Below the pieces are notes generated by a model, which was given only the letters and a program-made list of their open reading frames with translations, was not told the origin of the DNA and did no database searches. A stretch of 50,746 nucleotides of DNA from Nanobdellota archaeon (GTDB taxonomy: Archaea > Nanobdellota > Nanobdellia > Woesearchaeales > GW2011-AR9): NCBI GenBank assembly GCA_040751885.1, contig JBFMFP010000002.1, forward strand, positions 1-50,746, given 5' to 3'. Of this stretch, positions 43,748 to 50,746 are shown piece after piece. The translations under genes and the position numbers were made by a program. Within the stretch, counting starts at the first letter, position 1, and every line of letters begins with the position of its first letter.

Positions 43748-44545
43748 TCATATTTTACCAAGAACCACCCTTCTTTGCAAGGCAAATACCTTCGGCATTA
43801 AGGAAACCAGCAACCCATCTATCTTATCGATTCCTTTTAAAAGAAAAAAAGGCGGGTCTATTGTTTTTGCTTTAGCTGTCACACCTCCAGAAAGAGGTAA
43901 AATAAGAAATTCTGAGAACTTTTGTTCTTTTATCTTAAATTCAGGAATATTTTTTTCAAATTTTTCTTGATTATCAAAAAGCAGGTTAGGAATCGCATTG
44001 TTACCTGACCAAGGGTCTGCCGGCTCATTCATCGGTTCCTTCGGATTAAACGGGTCTTTCTTAAACGACCAGCCTTCATGCCTCAAAAGGCGCAGCATAA
44101 CTCGACACATCAAAGAACAGTTAATTTCTTGTATCAGCAGTTTTCCTCCTGGTTTAAGAATTCTGGACATTTCTACAAAAAATTTCCTCGGAAATGCTAG
44201 ATGATGAATCATATTGCTGCAGAAAACCACATCAAAAGAACAACCAGGAAAATTTGTTTTCAAAGCATCTACAACGTGATCTACCCAAGGGTGTTTTTCC
44301 ACGTCGGAGAGAATCAAGTTAAAGTCTTTTCTGAGAAACTCCTTGGAGATACCCATCCCACAGCCCACTTCCAGAACTTTATCTCCTTTTTTGATGTGCT
44401 TATTCATCCAACTATATCTTTTTTTCAAGAGAAAAACTAAATTATTTGGTTTTTTCCTGTAAAAATATTCTCTGGCGGCAGCTACATCACCAACATTTTT
44501 TAATTTGTTTTCCTTCCCTTTAACTGAATATTCTTGAAGAAACAT
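43748..44545 (-). CDS. Class I SAM-dependent methyltransferase
   Basis: Motif I is VLEVGCGMG. The downstream acidic loop is LSDV, followed by FDVVFCSNMIHH. Confidence 0.8.
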   Translation of the reverse strand: MFLQEYSVKGKENKLKNVGDVAAAREYFYRKKPNNLVFLLKKRYSWMNKHIKKGDKVLEVGCGMGISKEFLRKDFNLILSDVEKHPWVDHVVDALKTNFPGCSFDVVFCSNMIHHLAFPRKFFVEMSRILKPGGKLLIQEINCSLMCRVMLRLLRHEGWSFKKDPFNPKEPMNEPADPWSGNNAIPNLLFDNQEKFEKNIPEFKIKEQKFSEFLILPLSGGVTAKAKTIDPPFFLLKGIDKIDGLLVSLMPKVFALQRRVVLGKI

Positions 44546-44546
44546 T

Positions 44547-45329
44547 TTAAATATTGTTTTTTTGGAAAATAATCTTGAAGGCTTTTTCTTCTCCGAAGAA
44601 TCTTAAAGCGAGGATATAGCGGATAAACTTCCCTACAGTTTTTAGCTTAGAAAGATGGCTAAACGCCCATTTTGATTCCCCGTATCTTCTATCAACATAA
44701 TCTACAGGCATATGGATCACTTTAAACTTTTCCTTTTTTGCTTTATAAAAGAAATAAAAATCAAGATTAAAATCTAGAGGAATGTAATTTAATTTTTCCA
44801 GAAATCGGCGGGGAAAAACCTTAGGTTGGGCATTTATTTCATAGAAATTTTTAAAGAATAACACAGAAGTTATGATTTGAAAGCAAGTAGTTAATAATTG
44901 AGGAATAATTTTTCTTTCTCTTCTCTTCCCTTTGACAAAACAGTTCTCTGGCTTTTCTTCTTTAGATATAATCTCATAGCCTCGAATTACATCAAGAGGA
45001 TCACACTGCATATCCGCGTGGGAATAGGCTAAGATTTCCCCCCGGCAGTGTTTCAGGCCGGCGACAATACCGTTTCCATAGCCTGCGTTTCTTGGGATAA
45101 GAATAGTCTTAGCAAAGATATATCTCGGTTTTTTCAACTCTTCTTCAAGAATCTGCTGGGAGTTGTCTGTGGAGCCATTATTCACTATAATTAACTCTGC
45201 ATTAAGGTTACTGATAACTTCTGCGTATCCTTGGAGAATCAGAGGGATATTTTTGTTCTCATTATAAGCTGGAATGACGATGGACAGTTTAGGCTTCACT
45301 TTTGTTTCTGGGGGGGTCGTTTTTTTCAT
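44547..45329 (-). CDS. GT2 family glycosyltransferase
   Basis: Motifs SIVIPAYNE, IIVNNGSTDNS and HADMQCD. Confidence 0.8.
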   Translation of the reverse strand: MKKTTPPETKVKPKLSIVIPAYNENKNIPLILQGYAEVISNLNAELIIVNNGSTDNSQQILEEELKKPRYIFAKTILIPRNAGYGNGIVAGLKHCRGEILAYSHADMQCDPLDVIRGYEIISKEEKPENCFVKGKRRERKIIPQLLTTCFQIITSVLFFKNFYEINAQPKVFPRRFLEKLNYIPLDFNLDFYFFYKAKKEKFKVIHMPVDYVDRRYGESKWAFSHLSKLKTVGKFIRYILALRFFGEEKAFKIIFQKNNI

Positions 45330-46153
45330 GATTCAAAATACCTCTTCCAGAATAAATACTGCTCTTTATTCTGGGTTTTTTCATCAAATTGCTGCTTGTT
45401 TTTAAAAAACTTCTCCCAGCATTCATATTCTTTCAGCTCTTCAGGAGTGCCCCAGCAAATCCACTGGTCAACATCAAAGATAACTGAACGCTTATTCATT
45501 TTTTTAAGAAAAATGGGCACAGTATCAATGTAAAATTCATTGTTGATACGATAGTTTTCTTTAATCATCAGGCTAACGGCGTCAAAAAAATCTTGGGCCC
45601 TCTTAAAAGTGAAGGAGGCAACAACCGCATGATCGTAATAAGGGTCATCAGAAATAGGTTTTTTTACTGACATGTCTGCAATTGTTAAGCCGTCTTCATT
45701 TAATTTAACCCAGCCATAGGCTTGCGGCTTCTGCCGCATTTTTTCCATGTGTGTAAAGGTCCAAACAATACAGTCAACACCGGAATCCTGGCAAAGTTTC
45801 TTATATTCTTCTTGGTCATAACTACAACTATTATCACAGGCAGCAATGAATAATGGCTCATTAGGCAAAAGATAGCCCTGGGCAAGAAGGCAGGTATTAG
45901 CCTGTCCTAAGGTAGTTTTATTTACAGCAATAATAATTGCTTCAGGAACTTCTTTTTTAATCGCTTCATCAATATTATGTTTTTTTATATGCTCCTGCCG
46001 GACGATGAAAATCCATTTGTCACTGGATGGCATACTGCGGATAGCTTGAACGATCATCGGTGCTCCAGAAACAGGGATTAAAGGCTTGGGCAGAGGATAA
46101 ATTTCTTTAGGAAAACGTGATCCTACTCCTGCCAAGGGGATAACATTAGCCAT
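45326..46153 (-). CDS. Sugar-phosphate nucleotidyltransferase-like protein (single domain)
   Basis: It has the signature IPLAGVGSRF...PKPLIPV. It is paralogous to both halves of 46157-47746, sharing the tail ICWGTPEELKEYECW. Confidence 0.65.
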   Translation of the reverse strand: MANVIPLAGVGSRFPKEIYPLPKPLIPVSGAPMIVQAIRSMPSSDKWIFIVRQEHIKKHNIDEAIKKEVPEAIIIAVNKTTLGQANTCLLAQGYLLPNEPLFIAACDNSCSYDQEEYKKLCQDSGVDCIVWTFTHMEKMRQKPQAYGWVKLNEDGLTIADMSVKKPISDDPYYDHAVVASFTFKRAQDFFDAVSLMIKENYRINNEFYIDTVPIFLKKMNKRSVIFDVDQWICWGTPEELKEYECWEKFFKNKQQFDEKTQNKEQYLFWKRYFES

Positions 46154-46156
46154 AAT

Positions 46157-47746
46157 TTAATGCACCATCTTACTATAAGGATGATAAGGTAGACTATCAA
46201 AATAATCCTGCCAGTAAACGAATTCTTGGTAATCCAAAGGCGAATTTAAAGAGATAAATTTATCCACTTCGAAGACGACTACATTTTTTCCTTTTTCAAT
46301 TAATTTATTAATAGCCGTAGTAAAGTAACTTTTTTTCTCTTTTAGTTCTAGAAGCATTTCTTTAATTGATTCAAAAAGATCAGAAGCTTGGCGGTAAATG
46401 ACTGTCCCCGTTACTGCATGGTCCCGATAAGGGTGAGGAGAAATTTGTTCTTTTTCGGAAATAAATAAAGCTTTATTGTTGTCAACCAGCACATAAGCAT
46501 ACTTATAAGGGTTGCGCAAAACACATTCATGATGGGTGAAAGTAAGGATGATAACATCTACTTTTTCATTCTCAAAAAGATGGCTAAGTTTTCTTTCGTC
46601 GTATCTTAAGATATAATTGTTACCTGAAATACACACCGGGGATTTTTTTTCTACTTCGTTTTCGGCATAAAGAATTGTCTCTGCATTCCCGCCCGTTTTA
46701 GCAGGGAGATAAATAATTTTTCCTCCATGGAAGATTTGTTTAAGCAAGGAGTCTACTTTAAATTCCTCTTTGTGCTTTTCTAGGTAAAGAAAAATATTAT
46801 TAATTCCTTTAGGATGAGAATTAACAGTGAGTGAAATCAACGGCTGGTTCATAACTGGAATCAAGAAGTCTGGGAGGTTCATCCCTAGGCTGATAAATGT
46901 TCTTTCATCCCCAGCCAGAGGAAAAATATTAGTTGTTTTTATGTTGACATTATTAAATCCCACCACCTGTCCTGAGCAGGAGAAAAAAAATTCTGACCAG
47001 AATTTGTAAATTTCATAATCCCGAGGAGTTCCCCAACAAATAAATTTATTAACTTCGTAATTGAGAATTTTTAATCCATCCCGTAACATTAGAATGAAGG
47101 GTAAAGTTAAGTAAGCTTCTCCTTTCACATTAAAACCAGTTTCTATCACTCTTTTGGCGTATTCTTTTAATAAAGCACCTTTTTTGAAATAATAAGTTCC
47201 CGTTGAGCTGAAATCTTCCATCCGATTTTCCGAAAAAGACTCTTTTTCTCTAAGTTCTGTAACATAATTGTTCTCATCAATTTTCATATAAGCATAATAG
47301 GTGTCTCCCAAAGAAGCAGGATGAAAGCCGCGGAAAGAAGGAATAGCTCCATCACAACGTTTAGTGCGGACTGTATGTAAAAAATTTTTATAATCCCATT
47401 TTTGGGTAAAATCACAATAGTTGACTATAACTTCTTCGTCATCATTAATCAGATCAAACGCTTCGGCACAGGAATAAACGGGGCCATATCTAATTTTTTC
47501 AAAACTCACGGCAATTATCTTTCCGTTTGGGGAAATGCCTTGAAGCACCTGTCTCAGATTTGTTTTCTCCAAATCCGTTTCATTGCAGATAAAGATAAAT
47601 TCATCTTCCGGAGAGAAGAGGTTTACCACATGCTCAATCATTGGTTTTCCGTCGATTTCTATCAAAGGTTTGGGGGTATTAAAATAGACCTCATTATAAC
47701 GTTTCCCTTTACCAGCCATAGGAATGATGACTTTCATCTTGCCCAC
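46157..47746 (-). CDS. Tandem double nucleotidyltransferase-like protein
   Basis: The first domain has IPMAGKGKRY...PKPLIEI and ends FICWGTPRDYEIYKFW. The second domain has a degenerate FPLAGDERTF and ends FISLNSPLDYQEFVYW. Confidence 0.65.
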   Translation of the reverse strand: MGKMKVIIPMAGKGKRYNEVYFNTPKPLIEIDGKPMIEHVVNLFSPEDEFIFICNETDLEKTNLRQVLQGISPNGKIIAVSFEKIRYGPVYSCAEAFDLINDDEEVIVNYCDFTQKWDYKNFLHTVRTKRCDGAIPSFRGFHPASLGDTYYAYMKIDENNYVTELREKESFSENRMEDFSSTGTYYFKKGALLKEYAKRVIETGFNVKGEAYLTLPFILMLRDGLKILNYEVNKFICWGTPRDYEIYKFWSEFFFSCSGQVVGFNNVNIKTTNIFPLAGDERTFISLGMNLPDFLIPVMNQPLISLTVNSHPKGINNIFLYLEKHKEEFKVDSLLKQIFHGGKIIYLPAKTGGNAETILYAENEVEKKSPVCISGNNYILRYDERKLSHLFENEKVDVIILTFTHHECVLRNPYKYAYVLVDNNKALFISEKEQISPHPYRDHAVTGTVIYRQASDLFESIKEMLLELKEKKSYFTTAINKLIEKGKNVVVFEVDKFISLNSPLDYQEFVYWQDYFDSLPYHPYSKMVH

Positions 47747-48306
47747 ATCTCAATTTTATCAGTTAATACTGCGTCCACATGATTGTGTTTCAGGATTTCT
47801 TTGGTTTTTTCAATTTCATCCCTTTTTAATAATTCCGGGGAAACAATACAAATTTTGAAATACTTTTTTAATATTTTAAAAGCATTTTTCTCCAAAGGTA
47901 AGCGGGTTAAGTTATCCACAAAGACCCAATCCACCTTCCTCTTAAGATTAAGACAGGTTTCAATCGACTCGAATTCTGAAAAACGCACCGCGATTTTACT
48001 TATTCCTTGGTTAATTAGCTTAAAAATGGATGGAGGAGTCACCCCCAATAAAAAATACTTTTTTATTTTATATTTCTCGGCTAGATTAATTACTGCCCTT
48101 TCAATCCCCTCACATTTTATGTCAAAAATGATAAATGAATGATGGTAATGCTTAAGAAATTCTTCAAAATTCTCTCCTTCTAAAAAAGGCTCGTGATTTA
48201 AGATTAAACGGTCTGCATAAACTCTAATATCTACTTCTACCCCGTAATCCTGCGGTGTGTTCTCTAAGTCTTTGATTGAATTGACCCGGTGGTTGATTAT
48301 TAACAT
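47734..48306 (-). CDS. Minimal GDPD / PI-PLC-like phosphodiesterase TIM barrel
   Basis: Motifs INHRVN, LENTPQ, VEVDIRV and LNHEP are in the order of the GDPD catalytic His/Glu/Asp residues. It is only 190 aa. Confidence 0.5.
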   Translation of the reverse strand: MLIINHRVNSIKDLENTPQDYGVEVDIRVYADRLILNHEPFLEGENFEEFLKHYHHSFIIFDIKCEGIERAVINLAEKYKIKKYFLLGVTPPSIFKLINQGISKIAVRFSEFESIETCLNLKRKVDWVFVDNLTRLPLEKNAFKILKKYFKICIVSPELLKRDEIEKTKEILKHNHVDAVLTDKIEMWAR

Positions 48307-48309
48307 TTC

Positions 48310-48978
48310 CTAATTTGTCTGGATTTTATCTCTTTGCCTTAAGATTTCTAAATTGTTATTGAAGCCTTCACTATTAAATAAGCCTGATGTTCCCCCCACG
48401 AATATTTCCACTCCCCGTTCATGAAGTAGCTTTAATATTTCCGGGTTGATAGAGCCGTCAGCAATAATCTTTACAGCTATTCTCTTCTTTCTAGCATACC
48501 GTTGGAAGTGGTCAATCTTATATAAAATGGAATTTTCAAATTTTTGGGAAGTATACCCCGGTTTAACTGTCATAAACATTAAGTATTTAATTTCTGCCAA
48601 ATAAGGAGAAATTTTTTCCCAAGATGTTTCCGGGTTAATCGCTAGGCCGGCTTCCATCCCTTCTCTTTTGATCAGGTCAATTACATAATAAGGGTCATCT
48701 TCTGATTCAATATGGAAACAGACAATATTAATCCCCGCCTCTTTCAGGCGTTTGATGTATTTAGAGGGATGTCTGACCATCAAGTGAGCGTCAAACTTTT
48801 TATGCGTCAGGGCTCTGAGTTCCTTGATCAAGTCTATATTCAAAGCAATATTTTCCACAAATTCACCATCCATTATATCAAAATGAAACATGTCAATTCC
48901 GGCTTTCAGCAAGGCATGGAAATCTCTATATAAATAAAGTTGACTGGCACACATTAAGGAAGCGGTTATTTGTATCAT
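48310..48978 (-). CDS. rpe: Ribulose-phosphate 3-epimerase family
   Basis: Motifs HFDIMDGEFVEN, DAHLMV, MTVKPGYTSQKF and IADGSIN. Confidence 0.8.
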   Translation of the reverse strand: MIQITASLMCASQLYLYRDFHALLKAGIDMFHFDIMDGEFVENIALNIDLIKELRALTHKKFDAHLMVRHPSKYIKRLKEAGINIVCFHIESEDDPYYVIDLIKREGMEAGLAINPETSWEKISPYLAEIKYLMFMTVKPGYTSQKFENSILYKIDHFQRYARKKRIAVKIIADGSINPEILKLLHERGVEIFVGGTSGLFNSEGFNNNLEILRQRDKIQTN

Positions 48979-50609
48979 GACTTTAATTGTTTTTTAAAGG
49001 ATGGGCTATTTAAGTATATATTTTTTTCCCCCCTGTTCTCAGGCAATAGGTAAACAATGTATTCTTCATTTTCAAAAAATTTAGGCAAGTTCAATTCTTT
49101 CGGCTTTTTAAACAAAGCATACTTAAAAGAATATTTATCACTCAGTCGAAAGAGATCACTTTCTTTCAAAGAGTTATAACCCTCTTCTGCTTTTCCAAAT
49201 TCTCCGATGTCCGGCTTTTTGATCTGATTATTGCTAATATCCACAAACCGCCCATACCATTGAATTAAAGCTTTATCTGTGTAAGGGTAACGTTTATCAA
49301 CTACTACAGCTCTTTCTAAATCTATTCGAAGGCGATCTTCAAATGGTGGGATCAGAAAGATTTCTTCCGCTTTAGTATTACCTCTCACATAAGAGACCAT
49401 CTCTTTATAATTCTTATCTTCGTTAAAATAATGGGAAAACTGGAAGAAAAACCCAATGATAAGTAAAAATAATATTGCTAAGCAAATCTTGTTTCTTTTT
49501 ATGAAAAGTAAATTGACGGCGATTAAGTAAAATAGGACCGGCAAAATAATATAAGCTAGCCAAGTATGTGTGGTTTTGGGCAAGACTGGCCTTAAGCTTG
49601 GATAGAAAAAGAAAAGGCCAGCAGAGAGAGCTAAGAAAACAAGAATTAAAAGACTGATGGCCATTCTTTTTCTTTTTTCTAGTTCGGCAAAAACATTCAT
49701 TTTTAAACGGGAGAGCATAAACTCTCGGGCTAGGAAAACCAAAGCTAGCGCGGCTAATAAATGAATGGATATTAAAACAAGCGGGAAAAGCATAAAGAAA
49801 ATCTTTTCTAGCTTACTCTTTGCTTTTACAATCTTATCATAAATATAATTGCCAATAAAAAGATGCCCTAACAACATAACCAATATCGTGCTTCTGAATA
49901 GCTGCATTTTAGTTATAGTTGTGATTGGGATTACCTCTACAAAGATCGTCCCCATAAGACAAAGAAAGAAGACAGCGTAAACAAAATGCTTGATCTTTTC
50001 TTTGAGTCCAAAACTTATCTCTGTTTTTTTGAAGGCAATAAAAAATATTATCAAAAATAGAAAAAAAGAGAAATAGCGGAAAAAGCCGAATTCTGAAGGC
50101 ATGAGATGGCCCGCATGCAGAAATTTCCCGTAAATATAATAAACATATTTGGAATAGTGAGTATTTATAATGGAAAAATCGGTACCGGCAAGAGGGATAA
50201 TGGTTAAGCCGGAAATAAAAATAAAAAGGCCGGATTTAAGTAAATCCTTTATTTTTTCCTTACCGAACAGCGGTTTAGTCAGGAGAATATCTACAACAAA
50301 GATAAAAAAGATAATGCCCCCTACCAAGAACTGGAACATAGAAGAAAGGCCGGCGAATAAAAATGCCCAGCCTTTTTTCCTTCGCAAATAGAAATTTAAA
50401 GCGATGATTGCAAATAACCAACCTGTCGTAGCCGGCACCAAAACTAATTTTGTAAGATCTGTACCGTCTAATGAAATACTAATGGCTATCGCACTTAAAC
50501 AGGAAATAAAAAAAGCTTTTTTTTCTTCTTTAAAGAAAAACTGGCCTAGGTAAAAGACACCGAGATAAACGCCGCTGTAGATAAGAATGTAAAGCAGGAA
50601 TAAAGTCAA
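48975..50609 (-). CDS. Large polytopic membrane protein of unknown function with a C-terminal soluble domain
   Basis: 544 aa. The first approximately 400 aa are hydrophobic helices, followed by a soluble tail of about 130 aa. TTG start. It is the first gene of the minus-strand operon ending at 42260. Confidence 0.5.
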   Translation of the reverse strand: MTLFLLYILIYSGVYLGVFYLGQFFFKEEKKAFFISCLSAIAISISLDGTDLTKLVLVPATTGWLFAIIALNFYLRRKKGWAFLFAGLSSMFQFLVGGIIFFIFVVDILLTKPLFGKEKIKDLLKSGLFIFISGLTIIPLAGTDFSIINTHYSKYVYYIYGKFLHAGHLMPSEFGFFRYFSFFLFLIIFFIAFKKTEISFGLKEKIKHFVYAVFFLCLMGTIFVEVIPITTITKMQLFRSTILVMLLGHLFIGNYIYDKIVKAKSKLEKIFFMLFPLVLISIHLLAALALVFLAREFMLSRLKMNVFAELEKRKRMAISLLILVFLALSAGLFFFYPSLRPVLPKTTHTWLAYIILPVLFYLIAVNLLFIKRNKICLAILFLLIIGFFFQFSHYFNEDKNYKEMVSYVRGNTKAEEIFLIPPFEDRLRIDLERAVVVDKRYPYTDKALIQWYGRFVDISNNQIKKPDIGEFGKAEEGYNSLKESDLFRLSDKYSFKYALFKKPKELNLPKFFENEEYIVYLLPENRGEKNIYLNSPSFKKQLKS

Positions 50610-50718
50610 GTTTAAATTATTAATTACCTGAATTTTGTGTAAATCTTAGTCACTACAGATTCTCTTCTATTTCTTAGACGGATTTACCTGAAATTTGCGA
50701 AAAATTTATATACTTGTA

Positions 50719-50734
50719 GTGTTTATATAAACAC
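50719..50734. promoter_or_regulatory. Perfect 16-bp palindrome GTGTTTATATAAACAC containing a TTTATATA box
   Basis: Read directly. It lies about 110-125 nt upstream of the start at 50609. Confidence 0.3.
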
Positions 50735-50746
50735 CACAATGGTTTT

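Noticed and set aside
1-50746. Alternative genetic code (UGA or UAA reassignment, as in some CPR lineages)
   Set aside because: Standard-code ORFs have family-typical lengths and end in TAA/TGA at expected positions, for example TAA at 1213-1215 and TGA at 5775-5777. The only anomalous in-frame stop is the one in the IS630 transposase.
1-50746. CRISPR arrays, rRNA or tRNA genes
   Set aside because: No regularly spaced repeats longer than the two 16-bp duplications were seen. The intergenic spacers are short and A/T-rich, with no cloverleaf-like G/C-rich segments. This was an eye scan only, so tRNAscan/Infernal should confirm it.

Overview
Low-G+C prokaryotic accessory region (about one third G+C by eye, with visibly richer patches). 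It is almost entirely surface-glycan biosynthesis genes, with insertion-sequence (IS) debris. I saw no rRNA, tRNA or CRISPR array.

Layout:
(i) 1-206: end of an IS630-family element cut by the window edge.
(ii) 241-4992: CE4 deacetylase, radical-SAM/SPASM enzyme, FemAB-like transferase and Wzx-type flippase.
(iii) 5059-10690: sulfate-activation module (cysD, TauE/SafE permease, cysN). It is flanked by two alkaline-phosphatase (AP) superfamily paralogs and includes a tandem ribbon-helix-helix (RHH) regulator with a palindromic operator. No APS kinase or sulfotransferase is visible.
(iv) 10843-20586: nonulosonic-acid (sialic/pseudaminic/legionaminic-like) module. It has a KpsS/KpsC-like transferase, a GNAT, a NeuB-family synthase, a cytidylyltransferase-SDR fusion, an LbH-aminotransferase fusion and a PseB/CapD-like dehydratase.
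(v) 20657-35483: a 14-gene minus-strand operon. It combines a WbpB/E/D/I-like 2,3-diacetamido-sugar pathway with an Arn/Gtr-like lipid-linked aminosugar delivery module that contains two FemAB-like enzymes. The aminotransferase of the first pathway is split by a 361-aa LAGLIDADG intein.
(vi) 37444-39095: IS scrapyard. A complete IS630 copy with one in-frame TAA sits between an IS1 transposase fragment and an IS3-type orfA broken by a 16-bp tandem duplication.
(vii) 39165-50609: second glycan module. It has two GatD/TarJ-like polyol-phosphate dehydrogenases, TIM-barrel isomerases, ribulose-phosphate 3-epimerase, three paralogous nucleotidyltransferase domains, a GDPD-like enzyme, GT2, a methyltransferase, a B12-radical-SAM enzyme and an orphan polytopic membrane protein.

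Taxonomic domain is unresolved. TATA-like boxes about 24-31 nt upstream of Shine-Dalgarno (SD)-less first-gene ATGs, and the intein, suggest an archaeon (DPANN or methanogen-like). The IS3-type fragment and Fem-like genes are more bacterial (for example CPR). All product calls come from motif recognition by eye, not from database searches.
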